NCBI RefSeq assembly: GCF_036365525.1
Contig: NC_090386.1
Location: 72,624,797-72,688,796, forward strand
Length of the DNA stretch: 64,000 nucleotides
DNA from: Heterodontus francisci
Lineage: Eukaryota
Reading direction: 5' to 3'
The notes under the pieces were generated by a model. It saw only the letters and a list, made by a program, of their open reading frames with translations. It was not told the DNA's origin and made no database searches. Each line of letters opens with the position of its first letter. Within the stretch, counting starts at the first letter, position 1. Both the position numbers and the translations under genes were made by a program. Below, one piece after another: positions 39,246 to 52,009 of this stretch.

Positions 39246-40539
39246 AATGTGGAGGAGAGGGTCCAATTGAGCAAATAAATAGGTGGGAAATATTGTGGTG
39301 AACGGAAAGCCAAAGGCTAGACAGTTGGGATTTTGAAAATATATTAGTAAGTGAATTGGGAGAGAGAATTCTCTAGGGGTGGACATAGATGGAGGGAAGG
39401 GAAAGGGGGTTGTGGGGGGAGAGCGATACAAGGAAGTGGTCAGAGATGGCCGTATCTGTGATTGAATAGATGGGAGCAGCGAGGCCACGTGAGATGGCAA
39501 GGTTAAAGGTGTGGCCATGACTATGAGTTGGGGAGTTTATATGGAGCGAAAGATTAAGGGGGGATAGGAGAACAGTGAACTCAGCAGAGAGGGAACATGA
39601 TAAATTGTGATGTAGATTGAAATTACTGAGGATGAGAAGTTGTTCATTTCAAAGACTGAGAGAGGAACGTGGTGAAGATATCTCGGTGAGCAAATTTTTA
39701 TGGTACTTGAGTTTGTGGTAGAGAACAAGGATTTTAAATGAATGAGAGATGAGAAGTGTGGAACAATGTGAGATGCTCAAAGGAGGAGAAAGTGCCAGAT
39801 GAGCAGTGGGATAGACCAAGATGTGATTTGGTTGATAAGAGTCACACCACCATTGTGATAGTCTGGTCAGGGCAAGTGGTGGAAGGTGGAAGGTTCTTTC
39901 TCAGCCAGGCTTAGTATAGTATTTGAAATATGTGTTGCTATGTTTTGAAGACAATTGTAGTAAATTAGGTGCAGTACAGTATTGAAAATAGTATGGATTT
40001 TGCAATAGTTTGTATTGTGCAGAATTAAACAAGAATTCAAATGTAAGTTGGTATAGATGGTGGAGCAGCACAAGATACGACTCAAGATTCCAGTCATGTT
40101 AATATTTGTGTGAGAGGCAGGGTTGAATCAGACTGCTAACTCAGGTATGGGTGACTTTTGAAATAAAAAGAAACATAGCATAGTACTAGATATCCAAAAG
40201 GTTCTGTGATTGCCACAGGGAGAAGAACCCTTTTTGTAACAACATAGGAGTCAGCACGGGATCTGCAAAACTGATCTTGTATTAAGCTTTTGTTGTCCAC
40301 TGACAAAGAACAGGAACAGCTGGCTTCAGTACAATGTTTTTGCTTGATCTGGATTACCAGGCAGTGAATTGTCCCACATTACATTTGACCCTGGAGCACT
40401 AAAAAGGAGATTGATATCACAGTCGTTGACTGGTACATATTATTCTGCTGAGATAGAAGACTATAAAGTATGATTTTTTTTTAAATACTGCTAAATTCCC
40501 CAAATCAATTCATCGACATATGTTAAACTGTGGCCTAGT

Positions 40540-40800
40540 CCTGGTGATTCAGAGGGATTTAAAAACTATTCGAAGATCAAGGAGATTTCTACTGTCCTGG
40601 ACAACATTCCTCTTTTAACCACTGCCATCAAAAAGGGTTAACTGTGATCCTTCATTTCAGTGAAGTTTGTGGAATATTGCTGCTGCAGAATGGCTGCCAC
40701 ATTTGCTGATGTAATAACAGTCACTGTGCTTTGAATTAATTATTGTGTGGAACACATTGAGATAGTCTGATGTGCTATGGTGCTGTTTAAATGCAAGCAT
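40540..40800 (+). mobile_element. Decayed Deu-domain SINE fragment
   Basis: Similar to 3660-3935 (GTTTGTGGAATATTGCTG..TGGCTGCCACATTT..TAAATGCAAG). Confidence 0.55.
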
Positions 40801-43434
40801 TAGAATATTATACGGAATGAAGAATGGGGTGAAGGGATTTTGCTCTATTCCACTTTGCTAATTGCAGTAATTTACTACTGGAATTAGATAGTGTCCTAAC
40901 CCTTTAATCAACAGCACTACATGTGGGGAATCAGTGATTTCCTATTGTCAATACAGAATGACCTTTGCTGTGAACACTAAAAGATCACCTCTAAGGTAAC
41001 CATTAATATTTAAATTATCAATACATCACCTTTCCTCAAATTTAGACCGTTGTTGCATCTTACTGAAATAAACAAGGTGTAGTTGGTTCATTAAACACAG
41101 CATGTTGCTTCTCGTCAATGGAGAACAGTAGACTGGAAAAGGAATGTGGGTTTGATTTTTATGAGGGTAAAAAAAGCAACATATTTGCATACTTCATAAT
41201 CTTAAGTATTAAAATTTATGTGTGTTGTTAAAAATGTTTGCATTCTGCTCCCTGTTGATAAGATACCAATGTTGCTATAAATAGGAAGAGCCAGTGCAAA
41301 ATGACTGTGTTGTAATATATTAATTAGTTTAAAACTGGAAAAGTAACAAGGATGTGGTTGCTGGTTGTGTTGAACACTGGAATCATCAACGAACATACAC
41401 TTTCAAACAATCATATGACATTCCTGCTGTTTTAACAGCATTGTTTAACCCATCCAGTAGAGAACGGCATACAAACATATGGAGCAATCTTCACGATCAT
41501 CATTAAGGGTAATTTCTAGCCTACATGCAGGGAGGTCAATTTCTCAGCATATTTTTGGTCATGTTTTTCTTTCGATAGCACATCAGCTTATATTCTGAAA
41601 CAGAAGTTATCATTTAACATTTTAAAATGCACTGACCACATTTAAATGGCTGTATGTTGATTTTTTAGGCCCATGGATAAATAAAGGAACTGGTGAATTG
41701 TCGAGAATAAGCCATTTAAGTGATATGGTATTGCAGAAACAATCAGGACCATTTGTAGAAGTTAGGTGACGGTGTCGCAGGTTAGAGTTTTAGCCGTTTA
41801 GAGCTTTTTACATACCCTACTTGCATCTCACCCCCAGTTTGAGTAATCAATTTACTAATATAGTCCTGCATTTTCATTCTCTAATGCCTAAAATTTTCAG
41901 TTGACAATATTAACACTGAACACTTAATGTGTTTTGTATTTTTATGGCAGTGTCAGCCATTTAGGATAAATAGGTTAACATCTGTATTCAAATAGTGGAC
42001 AGAGGAATGTTGTAGGCAAGCACAGTAATGGATAAGACTCTGTAGTCTATCTGACTGGTCTCACAAAGTAATGCTCTCAATGACTCCCTCCTTCAAATAT
42101 CCATCTTATTCTCTAATAACTTTCTCCACACTTTCAGCCTTCACTGCCTCTCAGAGCAGCCTATTCCACAGATTCATCATCCTCTGCATAAAGTCATGAA
42201 ATTGATACTGCCAGTGCATCTTCCCTCTTCTAAGCTTGAGCCTATGTCTCCTAGTTCTAGAGTTTGTGGCAATCTCAAATATACTTACAAGGCTCAATTT
42301 ATGTATTTCTTTAAGGATCTTGAGTACTTAAATAATACCTTCTCTGAGCCTCCTCTGCTCCAGAGTCATGTTAAGCACAGGTTCGCTAATATTGCCAACA
42401 GAAAAATCGAGGCTTATAATGCCAGGACCGTAGAAAATGAGAGGAAGAGATAAGGGAAGTGACCCAGAGAAAATAGCCTCCTAGTAAGCATGCTGTTAAA
42501 GAGTATTAATTATATCAACAACTTGCATTTATATAGCATCTTTAGCATAGTAAAATGTTCCAAGGTGCTGAAAGGAGGAAAAGGAGTTAAAAACAAATCT
42601 CCTGAAATGACAAAGAATCATAGGCCATTGCTTATAAACCACATGATTGCAAACACTGCTGATTATCTCCTTTTGCTGGACGCAGGTGTTTTACTGATAA
42701 TGAAATGTTCCAGCCTTGAAATGAATCAGAATTTCAAATGAAAATTGCTCCATAAATCTATGTATGAAAATGTGATCCTTTAACCACTTTGATCCCTTAT
42801 TCCTGCACAATAATAAACCACTGTCAGAATGACAGCTATTTTCTTGCATGTGAGAATTCTGATAACCTGGCTTGCTGTCTTTCCTTAAAATGATCCCATT
42901 AGCACAGACAGGACACGGCAGGATTTTTTTTGTGATTGTAAAGTAAGAATATAACAGATCTTCAGAGTTTTGTAATCAACAATCCGTCCTGACTATGGGG
43001 AACATATGACAGAATAATTCATAAAACCAGAAAACTTAAAAAATGTAGTTAGATATAAGATCACAACTAACTGTGATTCATGATCATAGGGTTGATATCA
43101 CGTGACTTCTTTCAGTGTCTGTACATTTCCAAAATCTTGCTGGCCAAGTCCTTTTTTCCTCTCAATCTCCCCAACAGCTTTCTCCCATTACTGCTCTGCT
43201 CCAGAATGCAGAAGCTCATTAATGGCAACTAATTCCACAGGGGCTGCTGTCTCTCTCTAGAGCATTACAGAATTCATGCGTGACAAAGTCACAAGAGAGC
43301 TTTGTCAGTTTCCTTCACAGTTTGCTAAATGTTGTCAGTTCAATTTTTTCAAAAAGCAAATAGATTTTGCTCTCGTTTTCCTTTGGCCATTAGCAGTTCT
43401 GTCACAGGTGATAAGGTGAGGCAGAAATTCTGAC

Positions 43435-46143
43435 CTTTCTTTCTTTCTTTGGCCTCCTTGTCTTGAGAGACAATGGGTAAGCGCCTAGAAGTGGTCAGTG
43501 GTTTGTGAAGCAGCGCCTGGAGTGGCTATAAAGGCCAATTGTAGAGTGACAGACTCTTCCACAGGCGCTGCAGATAAAATTGGCTGTCAGGGCTGTTTCG
43601 CAGTTGGCTCTCTCCTTGCGCTTCTGGCTTTCCTGCCAACTGCTAAGTCTCTTCGAATGCCCACTCTTTAGCCCCGCCTTTATGGCTGTCCGCCAGCTCT
43701 GGCGATCACTGGCAACTGACTCCCACGACTTGTGGTCAATGTCACAGGACTTCATGTCGTGTTTGCAGACGTCTTTAAAGCGGAGACATGGGCGGCTGGT
43801 GGGTCTGATACCAGTGACAAGCTCGCTGTACAATGCGTCCATGGGGATCCTGCCATCTTCCATGCGGCTCACATGGCCAAGCCATCTCAAGCGCCGTTGG
43901 CTCAGTAGGGTGTATATGCTGGGGATGTTGGCCGCCTTGAGGACATCTGCGTTGGAGATACTGCCCTGCCACCTGATGCCAAGGATTCTCCGGAGGCAGC
44001 GAGATGGAATGAATTGAGACATTGCTCTTGGCTGGCATACGTTTTCCAGGCCTCGCTGCTGTCGAGCAAGGTACTGAGGACACAGGCTTAATACACTTGG
44101 ACTTTCGTGTTCCGTGTCAGTGCGTCATTTTTCCACAGTCTCTTGGCCAGTCTGGACATAGCAGCGGACGCCTTTCCCATGCGCTTGTTGATTTCTGCAT
44201 CGAGAGACAGGTTACTGGTGATAGTTGAGCCTAGGTAGGTGAACACTTGAACCACTTCCAGAGCGTGATCGCTGATATTGATAGATGGAGCATTTTTGAC
44301 GTCCTGTCCCATGATGTTCATTTTCTTGAGGCTGATGGTTAGGCCAAATTTGTTGCAGGCAGCCGCAGTCCTGTCGATGAGTCTCTGCAGACACTCTTCT
44401 GTGTGGGATGTTCATGCAGCATCGTCAGCAAAGAGGAGTTCCCTGATGAGGACCTTCCGTACTTTGGTCTTCGCTCCAAGACGGGCAAGGTTGAACAACC
44501 TGTCATCTGATCTTGTGTGGAGAAAAATTCCTTCGTCTGAAGACTTGAACGCATGTGAGAGCAGCAGGGAGAAGAAGATCCCAAACAGTGTAGGTGCGAG
44601 AACACAGCCCTGTTTCACGCCACTCAGGATAAGAAAGGGGTCTGATGAGGCACTGCTATGCTGAGTTGTGCCTTTCATATTGTCATGGAATGTGATGATG
44701 ATACTTAGTAGCTTTGGTGGACATCCGATCTTTGCTAGTAGTCTGAAGAGACCACGTCTGCTGACGAGGTCAAAGGCTTTGGTGAGATCTATGAAAGCAA
44801 CATAGAGGGGCATCTGTTGTTCATGGCATTTCTTCTGCAGCTGGCGAAGGGAGAACAGCATGTCAATGGTGGATCTCTCTGCTCGAAAGCCACACTGTGC
44901 CTCAGGGTTGACACGCTCAGCCAGCTTCTGGAGTCTGTTGAAAACGACTCGCACAAAGACTTTCCCCACTTTGCTGAGCAGGGAGATTCCACGGTAGTTG
45001 TTGCAGTCACCGCGGTCACCCTTGTTCTTATAAAGGGTGATAATATTGGCATCGCGCATATCCTGTGGTACTGCTCCCTCGTCCCAGCACAGGCAAAGCA
45101 GTTCGTAGAGTGCTGAGAGTATAGCAGGCTTGGCACTCTTGATTATTTCAGGGGTAATGCCGTCCTTCCCAGGGGCATTTCCACTGGCTAGAGAATCAAT
45201 GGCATTACTGAGTTTCGATTTTGTTGGCTGTTCGGCCAGCTCATCCATGACTGGCAGAGACTGGGCTGCATTGAGGGTGGTCTCAGTGGCAACATTTTCC
45301 CTGGAGTACAATTCTAGGTAGTGCTGCACCCAGCAGTCCATTTGCTTGCGTTGGTCAGTGATTGTGTCCCCTGATTTAGATTTGAGGGGGGCGATCTTCT
45401 TGATGTTTGGCCCAAAAGCTCTCTTAATGCCATCATACATTCCTCTGATGTTTCTGGTGTCTGAGGCCAGCTGAATATGACTGCATAGGTGTTGCCAGTA
45501 GTCATTAGCACAGCGCCTGGCTGTTCTTTGTGCAGCGCTTCTGGATACTTTAAGTACTACAGATGTTAACTCATGAGGGGCTTTCTGATAGTTCAACAGT
45601 GCAATGCGCTTAGCAGCTATGACAGGTTCCAGCTGTTCAAAGTGAGATTGAAACCAGTCTGTATTCTGCTTCTCACATTTGCCATAGGTGGTCATTGCTG
45701 AGTCATAGGTGGCGTCTCTGATGTGGGCCCAATTGGTCTCTGCATCCCCTGTGGGAGTGTTTTGAAGGGCTTTTTCAAGTGAATTTAGAAACTTATGTAA
45801 CAGCTGTGGATAAGAAATTCTGTTAGTGTTGATGCGCGGGCGTCCCTCCTGCTTGGAGTGATGTAGCTTCTTTGGTTTGAGTCTAACTTTTCTGCACACC
45901 AGGGAGTGGTCGGTGTCGCAGTCTGCACTGTGGAAGCTGCGTGTGATTTGGACACTGTTTTTCCGAGGCTCGCCTTGTGATGATGAGGTCCAGCTGGTGC
46001 CAACGACGTGATCTTGGGTGCCTCCATGAAACATGGTGACAGGGTTTAGTATAAAAGAACGTGTTGGTGATGCAGAGGTTGAGATCGGTACATAACTCCA
46101 GCAGTCTCTGTCCAGTCTCATTCATCCTTCCAATGCCATAGCA
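43435..46143 (-). mobile_element. RTE LINE, ~2.7 kb, 5'-truncated within the endonuclease; 569-aa open stretch
   Basis: NTFF..SWRHPRSRRWHQLD, DTDHSLV, NNYRGISLL, QCGFR, FIDLTKAFD, GVKQGCVLAPTLF, LFADD; (AAAG)n tail. Confidence 0.95.
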
Positions 46144-48394
46144 TATTATGAACATTTTATTGTGCCTGTACTATGCTCATGTGTGTGCTATTTTTGTGCA
46201 GGTGTTAAGAGGATGTGGTACAACCACAGTAAGTGGTCATACATGAAACTGGTCAATTGGATTTGCAACTCAGGTACAAATTTTTATGCACTATATTAAT
46301 TATGGATAGTGGCATAATTTACTCAGATTTTTAAGAACATTAATACAAAACATAAAATGTCAAATTGTTTTTCTTTTATGTGCAATTATATAATGGCAAT
46401 TCCAGGAATTTGCACTCCCATGTAGAGCTTTGACTGCTGGGAACACACATCAGGAATTCAGGCACATGGACCCCAAACCTTCATCAATTAAAATTAATGG
46501 ACAAAAAAGTGTGCGTATGCATGTGTGAGGAAGGGGGTGGTTTGATACATAATTACAGACATGCAATCTCAGCATTTCCACATTGAAGGTCGGCCTAGAT
46601 TTTATGTACAAGACTCCAGAATGGGACTCGAACTCACAACCTTCTGATTCTGTGACAAGAGTGAGCTCACACCCTTTTTTCCAATTCATTTTACAAAATT
46701 ATTTTCTATTTGCATCAGTTTGCTGTAACTCCCATTTCCTTTCCTGTAATTTACTTCCTTTTTTTGACCATTAGGGTTATTATACTCATGTGAACGTTGC
46801 CAGTGCGTATGAACAGGCTATTTGCCACTGGGGCAACGTTATCAAGCCTGATTCAGCTCTCACTCCACATCCACATTTCAAATGATCTGTAGCTCAAAAT
46901 GCTGGCTGTTTTACCTTCTGTACTGCTATAGATGCACTGATGTAAGAGAGAAAACTAGATTACAAGCAGCATCTCAGAACTTGTAGAGTCAGTCACATAA
47001 TGCCTTTAGTTTCTTAATTAAAGGCTCAGATTTTGTCAGTAAATCTGTCTGATGTGCTCGTTACATTGTAAACAATAACAATTAATGTTTGTTAGAAAAT
47101 AAATGAACACAGACTAGGAGATGCAATGAGTTAACAATTTGGTCTTTCATTTCTGGGACCTGGCTTGAAACCAGCCCACAATGAGTGGACAGAAGTTCTT
47201 TCTCTTGGCTGGCTGTCAGGACTGTGTGCTAAAGGAACAACCTTCACAACTCTGAAGTCTCAATCAAAAGGCCTGTAAGGATGCCTGGCACAGAAAAAAG
47301 AAAAATCACATATCTGAGGTGCACCAAGTTGGAGCAAAGAAGAAACTTTATTTTGCACTCAACCAGGGAATGCTTGACTCTGACATCAGGTGTCCCAAGT
47401 GGAATAACATTCCTTTTCCCAACACTGGAATTCCACACAAGTACAAAGTGTCATAGTGCAAAAAAAAAGTGCTGCAACAGACTGTAGAGTTGATTTTATG
47501 ACCGTGGCATGATCATTGATTCGCATTGCGTGGGGACATGTTGACTGAGAAATTAGTTTGTGCAGTGCCCATTTATAAGGCGGGCAGGAAGCGTGTGCAT
47601 ATTTCTGTCTGAAACGGGCATTAAGCCTCTTTTTTGCAGACACAAGGGGCCTGGTGCCTGTTTGAGGCTCCCCTCTTGGAAGATTGCACTTGGAAACCAG
47701 GCTGAGGGATTGCCTGCTAGACTGCACCAAGAAGGTAAGTAACTTAGCTCCTCCCGACTGCACATTAGAACCACTCACCACAGCACCCAGCCCCGATCTT
47801 AACCATTCTGGCCCCCACTTCTCCTGGAACCCTGATCCTGGATCTGATCTCATTTACTTGAGGGTCACTGTGATACTAGCAGCACCCCCATTTTGAACTC
47901 CTCTTCACTGATGGGCTCCCATTGCTGCACTGGCTTGATTATAATGAGGTCAGAGGCCCACTATCTGTGGAGCTACAGGCCTCATCATTCAGGCACCCTT
48001 GAATTTCTGGGCTCTTGAGAGCTAAGGCACTTTATAAATGCATGTTTCTTTGCTTTTGGACCAGCTACTATTATTACATCCTCAACTTTAACCTCACTAA
48101 TAAAACTACCTTTCCATCAGTCTTACAGGGAATCTTGTGCTGCCAATTTCCAATTCTTGAGTCTTATGCATTTGAGGCAACTCCACTGTAACTTTCTCAG
48201 ATTCACTAAGGCCACCTCTTGTTTAAAAGAAGTCTTCCTGCCTGCCAGCCTTAAAAAAATCTGGTCAATTGACCACTGGATGCATAGGACTCATGGTCAG
48301 GGAGCCAGTACCAGAAGACCATCATAAAGGCACCTTAAATGCGGAGATGTTTTTCTCCCCCCATTAATCACACCTTGCTCCTCCCTAGCACACA

Positions 48395-48610
48395 AGGAAA
48401 ATACTGCACATGCTGGAAATCTGAAATAAAAACAGGAAATGCTGGAAATCCTCAGCAGGTCTGACAGCTTCAGTGGAGAGAGGAGCAGAGTTAATGTTTC
48501 AGGTCATTGATCTCCGACGAACTCTGAAGTTCATCGACGTAAAACGTTAACACTTTTTTTTTGCTCCACAGTTGCTGCGAGGTCTGCTGAGCATTTCCAG
48601 TTTTTATTTT
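48395..48610. mobile_element. Decayed Penelope-type fold-back terminal-repeat element
   Basis: Imperfect inverted arms homologous to 50881-51078; remnant AAAACGTTAAC. Confidence 0.7.
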
Positions 48611-50254
48611 CTCCTCTCTAGCTTGCGTTTCGTAGCAACTTTACTGAATTATGAATGAAGAAAATAATTTCAATATGTTTTTACATAAGGGCATATATTT
48701 AAGATACTAGTTAACTAAAATGGTCTAACTGCTCTGTTTATAATTACATTACTCGGCAGTTTTTAACCAATGATAAAATGCAACTGTTTCAAGTCAAGAT
48801 TCTAAATAAGTAAATTGGATTACTTTTTTTTTATACACTTGTTCCATTTCTTAATTTGTTGTTTGAACTGCTAAAAACAAGGTATTGCCAACTGGGGATC
48901 TTTACAGCTGACTCGCATTAAAAAAAATGCACATAAGAAGTCAGTAAAATAAAGATGTATTTTAGGAAACTTTGCTAAGCTGCCTACTGATTAACTGGCA
49001 TGTGTGTCAGACACAGGAATACTTAACACAAACAACTTATTTTAACTCCTTAAAAATGATTTTATGCTAAGTTGATATATTTAAACAAAATACTACTTGG
49101 AGTCCCAAACCCATTACCAAAATAACAGGAAGCAACACCGAACTATTTAGAAGAGGCAGCTTGTGGTTGCTATGGCAACATAATCTGGATGAGTTCATTT
49201 CCTAAGGAAAGACTCAGCTGTATCTTTGCCATTATTTCTGTTTTTTCAGTTGAACAACACTTTGGATTGTGTTCAGAAATGTGCTGAAGCCCTGTGATTG
49301 TTGATTGAGGCACATTAAATAATCCCTTTGTTGTAAAACTCCATTTGCAACGGCAGCAGCAATTGCATCATGCACAACACACAAGCATCCTTCATTCATT
49401 CTTTATTCTGAGATTTCTGAAAGCATTTCAGTTACATGGCACTTAACATTTCAAATCACAAGATCCATGGCCACAGAGTGAAACCAGAGTCAAATTCTGC
49501 TTTTATTACACAGAATTGCCTAGTTTTCGCTGGTGTGCTCAGGGATCTTATTCCACAATAATGTTTGAATGTAGGCCCATTGGTTTGTGTTGACGAAACA
49601 AGTCACCACATTTTTATTACACAGGATTAGGAGATTTTCTGGGATTGTTTTCATCAGCATTTTGCCTGATTGTTATTTATCTATCAAATAAAAGAATCTG
49701 GGTGAGGAGTAATGGCTTCCCTTTGAACTAAAATCGGTGGTTTCATCGTGCTGCATTTATGATTACATTTCTTGGCAGATTTTCATTAAAAGTTGATAAA
49801 AATCAATTGCTGTAAGTGAATATTCCACACAATAGATTGGCTCATGGGTGAAAAGGCACTTCCGATGGACTCTCTATTGGTTTTGGTGTAACCGAAGAAA
49901 GCGCAATGCTCAATCACTTGTGTTAAAACAAACCTGCACTCAATTAGCTAAATTTCCTGGCTCTGCTTTTAGCCTACTGAATAAGTGAACCGTGGTGGTG
50001 TTGAACAGGACATTGCTTAGACCCCAGTTGATTTTTGACTCCCATGATCCACAATTCATTTAAATAATGGTGACTAAAAAGAAAATCAGCCTGCCACTGC
50101 AATGAGAAATATGGGAATTGAAAATGGTGCAAGACTAATTAAAATTACACGTTCTGCATACTTACAGTATTCAAATTTTTAATAGGATAGCTACAAATTA
50201 AGGGTAAGCAAAAAGTTTGTCATTTAAAAATCCCCCTTTAATAGGGTATTTCTT

Positions 50255-51795
50255 GCTTTTTTTATTCATTCATGAGATGTGGGTGGCACTGGCTAGGCCA
50301 GCATTTAAAACCCTAATTGCCCTTGAGAAGGTGGTGGTGAGCTACCTTCTTAAACTGCTGCAGTCCATGTGAGGTAGGTACACTCACAGTGCTGTTAGGA
50401 AGTGAGTGCCAGGACTTTGACCCAGCGACAGTGAAGGAATGGCAATATAGTTCCAAGTCAGGATGGTGTGTGACTTGGAGGGGAACTTGTAGGTGGTGGC
50501 GTTCCCATGCATATGGTGCCCTTGTCCTTCTAGTTGCTTTAGGTCGTGGGTTTGGAAGGTGCTGTCTAAGGAGCCTTGGTGCATTGCTGCAGTGCATCTT
50601 GTAGATGGTACACACTGCTGCCACTGTGCGTCGGTGGTGAAGGGAGTGAATGTTTGTAGATGGGGTGCCAATCAAGCGGGCTGCTTTGTCCTGGATGGTG
50701 TCGAGCTTCTTGAGTGTTGTTGGAGCTGCACCCATCCAGGCAAGTGGAGAGTATTCCATCACAGTCCTGACTTGTGCCTTGTATATGGTGGACAGGCTTT
50801 GGGGAATCAGGAGTTGAGTTACTCGCTGCAGGATTCCTAGACTCTGACCTGCTCTTGCAGCCAGGGTATTTATATGGCTAATCTGGCAGCATCTGTGGAA
50901 AGAGAAGCAGAGTTAACGTTTCGGGTCAGTGACCCTTCTTCGGACCCTTCCGAAGAAGGGTCACTGACCCGAAACTTTAACTCTGTTTCTCTTTCCACAG
51001 AGGCTGCCAGACCTGCTGAGTGATTCCAGCATTTCTTGTTTTTATTTCAGATTTCCAGCATCCGCAGTATTTTGCTTTTATTTATATGGCTATTCCAGTT
51101 CAGTTTCTAGTCAATGGTACCCCCTAGGATGTTGATAGTGGGGGATTCAGTGATGGTAATGCCATTGAATGTCAAGGGGAGATGGTTATTGCAGATGGTC
51201 ATTGCCTGGCACTTGTATGGCGCGAATGTTACTTGCCACTTACCAGACCACGCCTGGATCTTGTGCAGGTCTTGCTGCATTTCTACACGGACTGTTTCAG
51301 TATCTGAAGAGTCACGAATTGTGTTGAACATTATGCAATTATGAGGATGCAAACATCCTCACTTCTGACTTTATGATTGAAGGAAGGTCATTGATGAAGC
51401 AGCTGAAGATGGTAGGGCCTAGGACACTACCGTGAGGAACTCCTGCAGTGATGTCCTGGAGCTGAGATAATTGACCTCCAACAACCACAACCATCTTCCT
51501 TTGCTCTAGATATGACTCCAACCAGCAGAGAGTTTTCCCCGATTCCCATTGACTTCAGTTTTGCTAGGGCTCCTTGATGCCCTACTCGGTCAAATGCTGC
51601 CTTGATGTCACCTCACTTTCACCTCACCTTTCGAGTTCAGCTCTTTTGTCCATGTTTGAACCAAGGCTGTAATGAGGTCAGGGGCTGAGTGGCCCTGGCA
51701 GAACCCAAAGTGAGCTTCACTGAGCAGGTTATTGCTAAGCAAGTGCCGCTTGATAGCGCTGTTGATGACACCTTCCATCACTTGACTGATGACAG
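50255..51795 (-). mobile_element. CR1-group LINE 3' part, interrupted at 50881-51078
   Basis: AGVPHGSVLGPTIFSCFINDL, WQVTFAPYKCQAM, MEYSPLAW..LDTIQDKAARLI, WHSLP. Confidence 0.85.
50881..51078. mobile_element. Penelope-type fold-back element with hammerhead-like cores on both strands
   Basis: 63-bp inverted arms 50882-50944 / 50949-51011 (60/63 identical), 4-nt loop; TSD TATTTATATGGCTA (50867-50880, 51079-51092); core CCGAAGA-A-GGGTC-ACT-GACCC-GAAAC. Confidence 0.85.
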
Positions 51796-51874
51796 ATTTA
51801 CCGAGACTAGTAATTTCTGGAAGAGAAACTGCAGCAAGAACCAACCACATCTTGCTGACAAAACACATACTCCA

Positions 51875-51976
51875 TAAATAAAAACAAGAAATGCTGTAAA
51901 TACTCAGCAGGTCTGGCAGCATCTGTGGAGAGAAACAGAGTCAATGTTTCAGGTCAGTGACCCTTCATCAGAACTC
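51875..51976 (-). mobile_element. Single Penelope-type terminal-repeat unit
   Basis: Homologous to the arms at 50881-51078. Confidence 0.8.
51938..51976 (-). ncRNA. Minimal type I hammerhead ribozyme motif
   Basis: Minus strand reads GAGUU-CUGAUGA-A-GGGUC-ACU-GACCU-GAAA-CA-UU-GACUC: stem I GAGUU/GACUC, canonical CUGANGA and GAAA, 5-bp stem II, minimal stem III. Confidence 0.65.
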
Positions 51977-52009
51977 CATAAACATGTGGAGAAACGATTC
52001 CAGCATTCC

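Larger units (their letters stand above)
34760..39910 (-). mobile_element. L2 LINE ORF2 remnant (endonuclease ~39250-39910, RT 34760-36020), interrupted by CR1 and HE1; probable tail at ~30262-30305
   Basis: TFHHLP..ITKSH..KILVLY-like endonuclease pieces; LDPSVFANHHPISNFP, KIINDILL, HADDIQLY, LRSNIGKTKAIVFG. Confidence 0.8.

Noticed and set aside
44412-46121. 569-aa ORF as an active retrotransposon or host gene
   Set aside because: 5'-truncated RTE with frameshifts at both ends and a stop just after FADD.
1-52000. Exons of mammalian SOGA1 neighbours such as DSN1 or NDRG3
   Set aside because: Looked for by eye and none recognised; small exons could have been missed.
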